In this document: positions 35,834 to 44,263 of the stretch, piece after piece | Position numbering within the stretch: position 1 is the first letter of the stretch | Layout of the letters: each line of letters opens with the position of its first letter | The notes under the pieces: model-generated | The model's database searches: none | The model's input: only the letters and a program-made list of their open reading frames with translations | Told to the model about the DNA's origin: nothing | Position numbers and translations under genes: made by a program | From: an uncultured virus (IMG/VR IMGVR_UViG_2663763270_000002) | Lineage: Duplodnaviria > Heunggongvirae > Uroviricota > Caudoviricetes | Length of the DNA: 64,000 bases | Strand: one strand, 5' to 3' | IMG/VR virus record: IMGVR_UViG_2663763270_000002

Positions 35834-36600
35834 GCGTTTCCCAGTACAAGACATATGAGGAATGTCCGTACGCGTGGAAGCTGGCAAGGGTTGACAAGGT
35901 TTGGCAGAGGCCCGCCGCGTGGCTGGCGCAAGGGTCAGCAGAGCACACCGTTTTCGAGGCTTACGAGCGCTCTGGACGCTCGATGACTGTCGAGGAGATG
36001 AAAGCCCTATTCCTGGTTGAGTACGCCCGGGAGATTGCGAAATACACCGAGGACACGCCAAACATGGAATGGTGGTTTCCGTCCGGCCCTTACCGGGGGC
36101 CGCAGGATGTAGAGCGCCGATACCATATCGGCCTAGAGCAGATTCCCCGATACCCGGCATGGTACGAACGCCACCCGGAAGAGGTCATTTGGATTGCCCC
36201 CGATGGCACCCCCGGCATCGAACTCGAATTCGATATTGATCTAGACGGGGTGCGCGTACGCGGATTCATTGACGCTGTGATTGATCGGCGCGGGTACGTC
36301 GTCGTCCGAGACGACAAGACCGGCAAGGTTCCCGGCGATGACTTCCAGCTCGGCACGTACGGTGTTGCGCTGGCGGAGACCTACGACATCGAGCCGCCCG
36401 ATACTGGCGATTATTGGATGGGCGTAAGCGGAAAGCCGACTTTCCCGTACGATCTCAGCGAGTGGTCGCGTGATCGGGTTGCCGAGAAGTTTCACGAGCT
36501 GGCGGACAACATTCGGGCGGAGCGATTCGACCCAGACCCGGAGCCTAAGAAGTGCATGTTTTGTGCAGTGGCATATTCATGCGCTTTTTCTCAGGCGTAA
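35761..36600 (+). CDS. Cas4-family/RecB-like exonuclease (start uncertain)
   Basis: SVSQ...CP, RGFIDAV...DDKTG, QLGTY, CMFC...C. Confidence 0.9.
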   Translation: MWWSRDSRHVQDWRCHTIEGERSLSVSQYKTYEECPYAWKLARVDKVWQRPAAWLAQGSAEHTVFEAYERSGRSMTVEEMKALFLVEYAREIAKYTEDTPNMEWWFPSGPYRGPQDVERRYHIGLEQIPRYPAWYERHPEEVIWIAPDGTPGIELEFDIDLDGVRVRGFIDAVIDRRGYVVVRDDKTGKVPGDDFQLGTYGVALAETYDIEPPDTGDYWMGVSGKPTFPYDLSEWSRDRVAEKFHELADNIRAERFDPDPEPKKCMFCAVAYSCAFSQA

Positions 36601-36602
36601 AT

Positions 36603-36678
36603 GTTGACACAAAACAAGCAATAGCCTCTGTCTGTGTTGGACAGGGGTATTTTTTATCGCCCAATGTTGACACAAAAC
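36603..36678 (+). promoter_or_regulatory. Two stoperators (36603-15, 36666-78)
   Basis: Exact GTTGACACAAAAC copies without a matching -10. Confidence 0.82.
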
Positions 36679-36690
36679 AGAGGAAGAAGC

Positions 36691-37233
36691 ATGGCACGGA
36701 CGAGTTTGGACCTTCGGGCCGGGTACATGGACCAGGCGTACAACACCGGCGTACTGCGCCGGAAGGCGAATCGGGACCTTGACGGGCTGGAGTTCGACAC
36801 CGTAGTCGGCACCGGCCTTTCTGGTGCCCTCGTGGTGCCGAGGTTGGCTGAATGGTTCGATGTGGATTTCCTGATCATCCGCAAGCCCGGGGACGGTAGT
36901 CACTCCAGTAGCGAGTTCGAAGGCAATCTTGGGCGGCGGTGGCTGTTCGTAGATGACTTCATTGACACCGGTAGCACGTTCAACAACGTCTTTTGCCATG
37001 TGTCATATGCCTCGGAAGCCAACCGGTGGGAAACGGAATTCGTCGGTGCGTGGCTCTACGAACTCGTGGGGCCTTCGCTAAGGCTCCCTTTCGACCTGGA
37101 AGAAGAACTGAAATTGTACGAGAAACACGACTACCGGGTCAGCAGTACATGGGGTCTGATTACCCCGGCCGAACTCCCCCCTGCCAAGACGATTCACGGC
37201 AGCCTGACACCCCTCATTAGGAAGGCGGCTTAA
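36691..37233 (+). CDS. Phosphoribosyltransferase-family protein
   Basis: VVGTGLSG and WLFVDDFIDTGST PRPP-binding loop. Confidence 0.85.
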   Translation: MARTSLDLRAGYMDQAYNTGVLRRKANRDLDGLEFDTVVGTGLSGALVVPRLAEWFDVDFLIIRKPGDGSHSSSEFEGNLGRRWLFVDDFIDTGSTFNNVFCHVSYASEANRWETEFVGAWLYELVGPSLRLPFDLEEELKLYEKHDYRVSSTWGLITPAELPPAKTIHGSLTPLIRKAA

Positions 37234-37235
37234 TC

Positions 37236-37520
37236 ATGGGTTCGTTTGACACCCACATTCGGCTGTACCGCGCCGAGCTGGAATCGGCTGAGCATCGGCG
37301 GTTCCAGAACGCCGCCATTACCTGGGGCGCGCTGAGCACCCTCACCATCACCGGCCCGCTCTCCGCTTCGGTGAGTAGCGGTTTCGGTGTCTTGGTCGTG
37401 GCCGGAATCGTGGTCGCCATGTTCGCGGGCTTGTTCTGGCTGGAAGCTCGGGACGAATGTGAACGTCTTCGGCGCGAACTGAACTTGTACCGCACGTTGG
37501 CGGCCCGCTATGGCCGTTGA
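37236..37520 (+). CDS. Membrane protein (2 TM)
   Basis: Hydrophobic hairpin. Confidence 0.65.
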   Translation: MGSFDTHIRLYRAELESAEHRRFQNAAITWGALSTLTITGPLSASVSSGFGVLVVAGIVVAMFAGLFWLEARDECERLRRELNLYRTLAARYGR

Positions 37521-37740
37521 GACCTGGGAGCAGGCTGACGCCATTGTCCGCAGTATCGGCCTGAACAACAACCTCGACGCTGCCGAGGAATACGCCACCG
37601 TGCTACGCGATGCCGTCCGCTTCCTCCGGGAACACGAACGGCCCGCCGATGCGGAGTGCCCGCAGTGCCACATGTCCGGGCGACACAAGCTGTCATGCAC
37701 CGAACCCGGAGCGCCAAGGAAGGGGAGGACACAACGATGA
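37510..37740 (+). CDS. Small Zn-finger protein
   Basis: ECPQCHMSGRHKLSC. Confidence 0.65.
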   Translation: MAVETWEQADAIVRSIGLNNNLDAAEEYATVLRDAVRFLREHERPADAECPQCHMSGRHKLSCTEPGAPRKGRTQR

Positions 37741-38045
37741 ACCGGGAGACACGGAAGGCCCTTCGGGACCTGGACGACGCACGGGACGAAGTGGTGTACC
37801 TCCGCACCGGTGTGCGGGTCGGTCTTTGCGCGTCGGCCATCGGTGCCCCTGTAGCGACGACCGGCGCGTTCGTCGGCGTGGGCGGAAGTACCTACGGGTG
37901 GGTTTGTGTGGCCATCGGTGGGTTGCTGTTGATGGCCGGTGTGTGCATCGTGGCAATCTTCGCCGAAGAGCTTGACGCCGCCCGTAGGCGGCTGAAGAAG
38001 GCTGAACGGCGCTACGAGGATCTGACCTTGGACGGTGCGCTGTGA
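37737..38045 (+). CDS. Membrane protein (2 TM)
   Basis: RBS GGAGG; hydrophobic core. Confidence 0.65.
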   Translation: MNRETRKALRDLDDARDEVVYLRTGVRVGLCASAIGAPVATTGAFVGVGGSTYGWVCVAIGGLLLMAGVCIVAIFAEELDAARRRLKKAERRYEDLTLDGAL

Positions 38046-38809
38046 GGCGGATCGTCATCGGGTCGACGGCAATGCGCTACCACGGCATCGCTACGCGGGA
38101 GCCTAAAGACCTGGACCTGATCACGGATGAGCCCGTGGCAGAGGCGGATACGTATTGGCATCCGAGTATGGGCGACTGGTGGCCGGACGGTACTTCCCGC
38201 TTCGCCACCCTCGATGAGCTGTACACCATCAAGCTCAGTCATGCGTACTGGGAGCTCCGAAACGGGTCCTGGGACAAGCACATGGCGGACCTGGTGGTCC
38301 TCCAGGACGCCGGGGCGAAGGCGATTGACCCGCTTCACGATCTGCTTTATGCGGTCTGGGAGCTGGAGCACGGGCGGAAGGTGGTCGACCTCACCAAGGA
38401 GGCTGACGAGTTCTTTTCTGACGCCGTGCAACGGAAGTACGACCATGATTCGCTGCACGAATCGGTGGCCTACGGTGATCGGCCGATCTATGAGGAATGC
38501 CTCAAGGACGGCCGGACGGTCCTCATGGACATGGCGAAGGTCTGGGCCATGCCGGTAGAGCGACAGATTCAGCTCTTCCGCGAGGAAGTCTATGTGACTG
38601 CCCTGGAGCGGATCGTGATTCCGTCCGACTACACCGCGAGTCCTCGCGGTGCTTACGCCTGGGCGTTGCGTCGGACGATTACCAGCTTGACCAAGGGCCG
38701 ATCGGCCCGGTTCTTGGCGGAGAACTACAAGACGTTCCGCATCCCCGATGTGGACTACGTGAAACGGCACCTGTCCAGGTCGGACAGGCTGAGACCATTC
38801 GAAGGGTAG
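38042..38809 (+). CDS. Putative Pol-beta-fold nucleotidyltransferase
   Basis: hhIGSTA...PKDLDL motif; LYTIKLSH; YDHDSLH. Confidence 0.7.
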   Translation: MRRIVIGSTAMRYHGIATREPKDLDLITDEPVAEADTYWHPSMGDWWPDGTSRFATLDELYTIKLSHAYWELRNGSWDKHMADLVVLQDAGAKAIDPLHDLLYAVWELEHGRKVVDLTKEADEFFSDAVQRKYDHDSLHESVAYGDRPIYEECLKDGRTVLMDMAKVWAMPVERQIQLFREEVYVTALERIVIPSDYTASPRGAYAWALRRTITSLTKGRSARFLAENYKTFRIPDVDYVKRHLSRSDRLRPFEG

Positions 38810-38812
38810 CAA

Positions 38813-39169
38813 TTGACAGCGACACTGAAAGACCTTTCCGTTATCGACATCGAAGCGAAGTTGTCTGGATACGAGGACGGATACGGGGATGTGGGGTGGT
38901 TTTACTGGGACGATGTAGCAGTAGCAACCGAGACGGTTGATGTCCCCGGACTCGGGGCCGTGAAAGTTATCGAGAGTTTCGGCGGAGAAGGCCAGGGAGA
39001 CAGCGCATACCTGATTTTTCAGGTGCAGGACTCGGACAATCCCTATCGTATGCGGTTCTTCCGAAAGAACGGCTATTACGCTTCGTTCCACGGTACCGAT
39101 TGGGACGGCGGATTTTACGAAGTCCGGCCTATGAAGCACTGGGTTACGGTATACGAAAAGGTGGGGTAG
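38813..39169 (+). CDS. Hypothetical protein, paralogue 1 (GGEGQG family)
   Basis: FRKNGYYASFHGTDWDGGFYEVRP. Confidence 0.8.
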   Translation: MTATLKDLSVIDIEAKLSGYEDGYGDVGWFYWDDVAVATETVDVPGLGAVKVIESFGGEGQGDSAYLIFQVQDSDNPYRMRFFRKNGYYASFHGTDWDGGFYEVRPMKHWVTVYEKVG

Positions 39170-39522
39170 TGACTTACTCCGTTCAGGAACTCGAATCCCT
39201 CTTGGACGATTTCCGCCAAAACGAAATATACACCGGGTGGACTGGTCTGGATTGGTTCTTTCAGGACTTCCCGGACGCTGTGGTCGGTTTGGACGAGATC
39301 GGCACGGTGCAGATCGTTGAGCACAACAGCCGCCGAATGATCGTCTCCGTTACTGACCCAGACGGTAATGTCCGCTATTTCCAGAAGAACGGCTATTACT
39401 CGTCTTACGACGGAACAGACTGGGATGGGGGATTCTTCGAGGTCCGGCCAGCCGAGCAGGTCATTGTGACCAAGCACGTCACTACGGTGTACAAGAAGAT
39501 CGACGGAGGTTCTAGCCTGTGA
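39169..39522 (+). CDS. Hypothetical protein, paralogue 2
   Basis: FQKNGYYSSYDGTDWDGGFFEVRP. Confidence 0.8.
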   Translation: MTYSVQELESLLDDFRQNEIYTGWTGLDWFFQDFPDAVVGLDEIGTVQIVEHNSRRMIVSVTDPDGNVRYFQKNGYYSSYDGTDWDGGFFEVRPAEQVIVTKHVTTVYKKIDGGSSL

Positions 39523-39887
39523 GTGATGATCACGAGCTGTACAAGGCGTTCTATCTGATCCACCATCATAAGAAATCGTGGGGATGGTGGGTTCACATGC
39601 ACGGGCGGCCCTCGTCGGAGACTATTACCGGTCTCGGCAAGGTGCGTGTTGTGGACGTGATCGAGGACAACCGCACAGACTACTACGGGGACGGTTACGG
39701 CTCCGGGTCGACCGCAAAGGCGGGCATCACGTTCGAGGTCGAATACCCGGACTTTACGACTCGACATTTCCGCAAGGAAGGTGAGTACGACTCGTACGGT
39801 GGCGTCTCCTACGATCATGGCGACTTCTACGAAGTCCGCCCGGTCGAAAAGGTCGTGTTCGACTTCGAGAGGATCGGCAAGGAGTAG
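39519..39887 (+). CDS. Hypothetical protein, paralogue 3
   Basis: FRKEGEYDSYGGVSYDHGDFYEVRP. Confidence 0.8.
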   Translation: MSDDHELYKAFYLIHHHKKSWGWWVHMHGRPSSETITGLGKVRVVDVIEDNRTDYYGDGYGSGSTAKAGITFEVEYPDFTTRHFRKEGEYDSYGGVSYDHGDFYEVRPVEKVVFDFERIGKE

Positions 39888-39889
39888 CA

Positions 39890-40735
39890 ATTTACACGCT
39901 GACACAGAGCGCTCTAGTTCGCGGGTCAGCGGGGGAGCCACTACCTACGGTCTGGCATTCGCTAGCCGCTCAGGGAACAGTTTTCCGACAAGGACAGCTG
40001 AACCTGATTTGTGCAGGTCCGGGGACTGGGAAGAGCGCGTTTGCCCTGAGCTACGCGCTACAGTCCGAAGTCCCCACCCTGTATTTCTCGGCGGATTCCG
40101 ATGCCTTTACCCAGCTGACCCGATCAATTTCCAACCTTGTCGGATTGCCCCTTGAGGAATCCGCGCGTCACGTACTGGAGGGGAACCTAGCCGCCTATGC
40201 GGCGGACCTGGAGAAGGTACCTATCCGGCTCAGCTACGACGCGTCTCCGAGCCTGGACACCATCGAGAGTTTGATGGAGTCCTACGAAGAGGTGTACGGG
40301 GATTACCCGGCCCTCGTCATCGTGGACAACGTGACAAACGTCCGGGCTGAATCGGCAGACGGAGATGATCCGTTCTCCGGGCTGGAATCGCTCATGGACT
40401 ACTTTCACACGATGGCTCGGCAGACCGAAGCGTGTACGTGGGGCCTTCATCACGTGACCGGCAAGTACAACGACGCGAACGAACCAATCCCACTGTCCGG
40501 CGTGAAAGGTCAGATCACCCGCGTACCGGAAATGGTCCTGACCCTCCACAAGCGCACATCGGCGTTCGGACAGGAAACGCTTTGTGTCTCCACAGTGAAG
40601 AATCGTGGAGGCAAAGCCGACGCGTCTGGTGCGACGTACGCCGAGCTGGAATTTGTTGGTGACACGATGCAGATTCGGGACGCTACTTCAGCGCCGAATG
40701 TTGACACAGAACAGGATTTCGACTTTGGCAGCTAG
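39890..40735 (+). CDS. DnaB-like helicase (non-canonical ATT start)
   Basis: Frame is open upstream of 40145 and contains Walker A AGPGTGKS; LVIVDN, KNRGGK motifs. Confidence 0.85.
   Translation: MYTLTQSALVRGSAGEPLPTVWHSLAAQGTVFRQGQLNLICAGPGTGKSAFALSYALQSEVPTLYFSADSDAFTQLTRSISNLVGLPLEESARHVLEGNLAAYAADLEKVPIRLSYDASPSLDTIESLMESYEEVYGDYPALVIVDNVTNVRAESADGDDPFSGLESLMDYFHTMARQTEACTWGLHHVTGKYNDANEPIPLSGVKGQITRVPEMVLTLHKRTSAFGQETLCVSTVKNRGGKADASGATYAELEFVGDTMQIRDATSAPNVDTEQDFDFGS
40700..40712 (+). promoter_or_regulatory. Stoperator GTTGACACAGAAC
   Basis: One mismatch; at helicase 3' end. Confidence 0.75.
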
Positions 40736-41174
40736 GTCCCGGTGCAAGGACTGTGTTGCCGAAGGCGTGACGACCCGGAGACCAGCACCGCACCCGGGGC
40801 CACGGTGCGCCACCCATCATCGCGCGAAGCGGTCGGCAGTGCGGGAACGCGCCCGCGCTTCCCGCCTAGAAGCGGTCTACGGGATCACCGAGGACGAATA
40901 CCAGCGCATCTACGCCGCTCAGGGCGGCTGTTGCTACATCTGCCGCCGCGCCAAGGGCACGGGCCGGAAGCGGCTCAGCGTCGACCACGACCACACAACC
41001 GGTTACGTCCGGGGCTTGCTCTGTAAGCCGTGCAACCTGAACGTAATCGGCCACCTTCGTGACGATCCCGCTGCCTTGCGGCGCGGGGCTGACTACCTCA
41101 CCAATCCGCCCGCCTTCGCAGTCGTCGGCAGGCGGGCGGTACCCAACCAGAAAGGCGTTAGTGATGGGACGTAA
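40725..41174 (+). CDS. Endonuclease VII
   Basis: YGIT..EY...Q.G.C.IC, VDHDH.TG.VRGLLC..CN. Confidence 0.92.
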   Translation: MAARSRCKDCVAEGVTTRRPAPHPGPRCATHHRAKRSAVRERARASRLEAVYGITEDEYQRIYAAQGGCCYICRRAKGTGRKRLSVDHDHTTGYVRGLLCKPCNLNVIGHLRDDPAALRRGADYLTNPPAFAVVGRRAVPNQKGVSDGT

Positions 41175-41379
41175 GCCCGCGAGACAATACCGGCGACTGT
41201 CCGACATTCCAACTTCCGTGCGTGCTCGTGACCGCGACGGCGCTATTTGGGAGTGGCGGCATGGTGTCTGGGGATTTAGGGACGTTATCGGATTCTGGAA
41301 TGCGACGAGCCCGAGCAAGGAAGCGCTATACAACCAGTGGGGACCGTTCACTGAGTATCGCGGTAAGGCGAACCGGTAA
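41164..41379 (+). CDS. Hypothetical protein
   Basis: RLSDIP...DRDG..W...GPFTE domain. Confidence 0.7.
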   Translation: MGRKPARQYRRLSDIPTSVRARDRDGAIWEWRHGVWGFRDVIGFWNATSPSKEALYNQWGPFTEYRGKANR

Positions 41380-41394
41380 GGGCTGCATGAGCCT

Positions 41395-41793
41395 ATGGCA
41401 GGCCCAGCGATTGCGGACGTAATCCAGCACTACTACCCGGATTGGTGTCCTCCCGTGGACACCGGTCGGGAGTGGATCAAATGTTTGTGCCCGTTCCACG
41501 CGGAGCGTGTACCGAGCGCGGGCATTTCGTACGAGCACGACGCGTTCGTATGCCACGGATGCGGGGTGAAAGGGGACGTTTACGGAATCATCAGGAATCA
41601 GGAGCGGGTGAGCTTTGCAAAGGCTAAGCGCATCGCAGAGACAATATCTCCAGGAAGCCACAAGGAAATACGCGAACAACCTGCCAGGAAGCCCGGCAGA
41701 AGAGTATTTGGAGAGCCGGGGGCTGCTACCGGACGGAGCGCCGGACCGCCGATACGCTCTCGGATACGTAGCCGACCCGCTCCCTGGTCATGA
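41395..41793 (+). CDS. DNA primase zinc-finger subunit
   Basis: CPFHAE..PS...FVCHGCG..GD (CHC2). Confidence 0.88.
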   Translation: MAGPAIADVIQHYYPDWCPPVDTGREWIKCLCPFHAERVPSAGISYEHDAFVCHGCGVKGDVYGIIRNQERVSFAKAKRIAETISPGSHKEIREQPARKPGRRVFGEPGAATGRSAGPPIRSRIRSRPAPWS

Positions 41794-42304
41794 GACATAC
41801 CGGGGGTTCTTGTCCATCCCGTACATGCGGAAACTGCCGGACAAAAGGCTGACGGTGGTGTCGATGCGCTTCCGGTGTCTGGCACCGGAATGCCTCCAGT
41901 CGGCGGAGGACGGGGGCAAGGAGAGGCACCGGGGGCACGGGAAATATCTAACCGTTCCGGGCGGCGGTACGCGGCTCTATAACGCGTCGGTACTCCAGGA
42001 CCCTTCCCCGGACGTTTGTGTCGTAGAAGGCGAATTAGACGCCATTACGATGTGCCTTGCGGGAGTGCCCACTGTCGGCGCTCCCGGTTCGGATACATGG
42101 CAGAAGCACTGGAAGGCACCACTACTCGGGTACCGAAACGTCTTCATCCTCCACGACGGGGACGACGCGGGTAAGAAATTCGCGGAGAACGTCAGCAAGG
42201 GCCTGCCCAACGGGAAGGTAATTCCGATGCCACCCGGCGAGGACGTCAATTCGATATTCATTGCTCAGGGCGCTAGGGCATTGCTCGACAGGATGGGACT
42301 GTGA
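41615..42304 (+). CDS. DNA primase TOPRIM subunit
   Basis: VVEGELDA, DGDDAG, EDVNS. Confidence 0.9.
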   Translation: MQRLSASQRQYLQEATRKYANNLPGSPAEEYLESRGLLPDGAPDRRYALGYVADPLPGHETYRGFLSIPYMRKLPDKRLTVVSMRFRCLAPECLQSAEDGGKERHRGHGKYLTVPGGGTRLYNASVLQDPSPDVCVVEGELDAITMCLAGVPTVGAPGSDTWQKHWKAPLLGYRNVFILHDGDDAGKKFAENVSKGLPNGKVIPMPPGEDVNSIFIAQGARALLDRMGL

Positions 42305-42696
42305 AGTACTTACCGAGCGAGGACCCGCGAAACGTGGGGCGGTTCCGCCTGGACGGAACCGAATCGGTGGATGAGGTGGCGGCTGCCATCCTCGCGGAGC
42401 GCGAACGGGCGGCGAAGCGGCGCGGGTATGAAATGCTCCCGCACGAGTACGAGTTATGCCAAGTGACAACCCGCGTGTCAACCAGTTTCCGGCGATCAAA
42501 GTTCCCGAAGCCTAAGCCTGGGGACGGCACGGTGAAGCACAACAAGCGGGTGGCGAACGCGGTGGCGCTCTGCGAGAAGCACGGCGCGGAGTTCTGGGCT
42601 CTCGGCGCGAATACCGCGTTTGTCTGGGGCGTGAAGGATGGGCGATACGTCCAAGTATGGCCCGGTGGAATACGTGAATATGGAGGGGATCGGTAG
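42301..42696 (+). CDS. Hypothetical protein
   Basis: GTGA overlap; conserved position after primase. Confidence 0.7.
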   Translation: MKYLPSEDPRNVGRFRLDGTESVDEVAAAILAERERAAKRRGYEMLPHEYELCQVTTRVSTSFRRSKFPKPKPGDGTVKHNKRVANAVALCEKHGAEFWALGANTAFVWGVKDGRYVQVWPGGIREYGGDR

Positions 42697-43056
42697 TTGA
42701 GCAGTGGAGCCTACGGGTTTCTGAATATTCTGAATGCGGCGGGCGTCAGAACCGTAGTCAGTCGCGACCTGGACGAAGATTACCAAGGCAGTGTCACGGC
42801 CATCGTCCAGGGGCCGGACTGTTATTGGCGGGTTGATCAGAAAAAGAAGTTCGGATATCTGACCATCGGATACGGGTTGAATAGCCCTGTCGAATACCTC
42901 CGCGAGGCTCGGTGGTTTGACAATCTCGAAGAGCTGAAGCGGTTCTTCAGTGAGTTTGACCATGCTACCCAGTGGTACGGCCGGAAAGAACAATTCCGGC
43001 GGTTCGCCGATGAGGTTATGTCTATCCGGCACGGTGACGAGTTCGAGAGAGATTAA
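42697..43056 (+). CDS. Hypothetical protein
   Basis: DYQG...FGYLTIGYG motif. Confidence 0.65.
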   Translation: MSSGAYGFLNILNAAGVRTVVSRDLDEDYQGSVTAIVQGPDCYWRVDQKKKFGYLTIGYGLNSPVEYLREARWFDNLEELKRFFSEFDHATQWYGRKEQFRRFADEVMSIRHGDEFERD

Positions 43057-43061
43057 GCCAA

Positions 43062-43325
43062 GTGACAGACAGCTATTACGAAGTCGTCGTATACACCCGG
43101 GACGGCTGTGGTCCCTGCGCCGCGACGAAAGCCTACTTGCGAAAGTACGAAATCAACTTCGCGGAAATCAACACGACGAACAACCCGATGGTTGCGGATG
43201 CCCTGATCGAACAGGGCTACCGCGAATTGCCCGTGGTCGAGTGGAACGTGAATGGCGATCAGGGCGCATGGACCGGACATCGGTCCGATGACTTGGAAGC
43301 TCTCAAGTACCTTATTCACGGCTGA
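43062..43325 (+). CDS. nrdH: NrdH-like glutaredoxin
   Basis: YTRDGCGPC, LPVV, WTGHR. Confidence 0.9.
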   Translation: MTDSYYEVVVYTRDGCGPCAATKAYLRKYEINFAEINTTNNPMVADALIEQGYRELPVVEWNVNGDQGAWTGHRSDDLEALKYLIHG

Positions 43326-43327
43326 AT

Positions 43328-43340
43328 GTTGACACAAAAC
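43328..43340 (+). promoter_or_regulatory. Stoperator GTTGACACAAAAC
   Basis: Exact copy, intergenic. Confidence 0.82.
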
Positions 43341-43353
43341 GAAAGGTAGCGCG

Positions 43354-43464
43354 GTGGCGTTCGTTTACGGCGGTCACGAGGACTACGAGGACGACTACGA
43401 AGGCGACTACGACGACGGATATTACGACTTTGACGAGTGCGAAGAGGACGACTGTTATGCCTGA
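43354..43464 (+). CDS. 36-aa highly acidic peptide
   Basis: RBS GAAAGGT; MAFVYGGHEDYEDDYEGDYDDGYYDFDECEEDDCYA. Confidence 0.65.
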   Translation: MAFVYGGHEDYEDDYEGDYDDGYYDFDECEEDDCYA

Positions 43465-43891
43465 TCCAGTGAATCCGGGTCACTATCAGAGCCACCCGAG
43501 CGGTATCGAGCCAAAGGACTTCCTCGGGCACTTCCCGTTCTTCGTCGGCTCCGCAATCAAATACCTTTGGCGCAACGGTCAGAAGGACGGAAACCCCGCC
43601 GTCCAGGACTTGCGCAAGGCAATTCGATTCATCGAATTCGAAATCGAGAAGATCGAGGGTAGGAAGGTGGATACCCCCCAGGTAGATACTACCGCCGACA
43701 CCTACACCGAGGAAGCGGCCGGATGCCGAGTTTGGTCCAGGCTGGAGGACATTCCCAGTGACGTTCTTGCTGTGTGGGACAGCGCAGGCGACCGGAACGA
43801 TTACCGGGATGGTTGGTGGTTCTACCGAAATGCGGACGGCAGATGGACCCGTTCCACGAACGCCTTCAGACCTTTTACGGAAAGGCCCTGA
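43457..43891 (+). CDS. DUF3310-domain protein
   Basis: DPVNPGHY, GSAIKYLWR...K, DLRKA. Confidence 0.85.
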   Translation: MPDPVNPGHYQSHPSGIEPKDFLGHFPFFVGSAIKYLWRNGQKDGNPAVQDLRKAIRFIEFEIEKIEGRKVDTPQVDTTADTYTEEAAGCRVWSRLEDIPSDVLAVWDSAGDRNDYRDGWWFYRNADGRWTRSTNAFRPFTERP

Positions 43892-43894
43892 CTA

Positions 43895-44263
43895 ATGATG
43901 GTTATCGAGGGTAGCGCACTCGTCGCGGAAATCCGACGACTCGCGAAGCAACACCCGGACCGTATTGCTAAATGTGAATATGTGGACGGTGCCACGGGTG
44001 AACCGGTGTGCATTGTCGGGACAGCACTTCATAACCTGGGCGTGTCTACGTCCGTGCTGGAGGACTTCGGTTCAGACTGTTTCCGGGCTGTCGTTGAGGC
44101 AACCGAATTATGCCACCGGTTGGGGGCTGGTCCTGAAATCACCTTCGATCTGAAAGATTTGCAGCTCAGCTGGGTGAATTTCGTCCAGGGGAAGCAGGAC
44201 GCCGAATTTAGCTGGGGGCGTGCGGTGGGAACTACTGAACACTTGTACCCGGGGGTTGAGTGA
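43895..44263 (+). CDS. Hypothetical protein
   Basis: C.Y.....P.CIVG.AL...QD..SW..A pattern. Confidence 0.7.
   Translation: MMVIEGSALVAEIRRLAKQHPDRIAKCEYVDGATGEPVCIVGTALHNLGVSTSVLEDFGSDCFRAVVEATELCHRLGAGPEITFDLKDLQLSWVNFVQGKQDAEFSWGRAVGTTEHLYPGVE

Noticed and set aside
35761..36600. Cas4 as sign of a CRISPR system
   Set aside because: No repeat-spacer array or other cas genes; solo Cas4-like nucleases are standard in these phages
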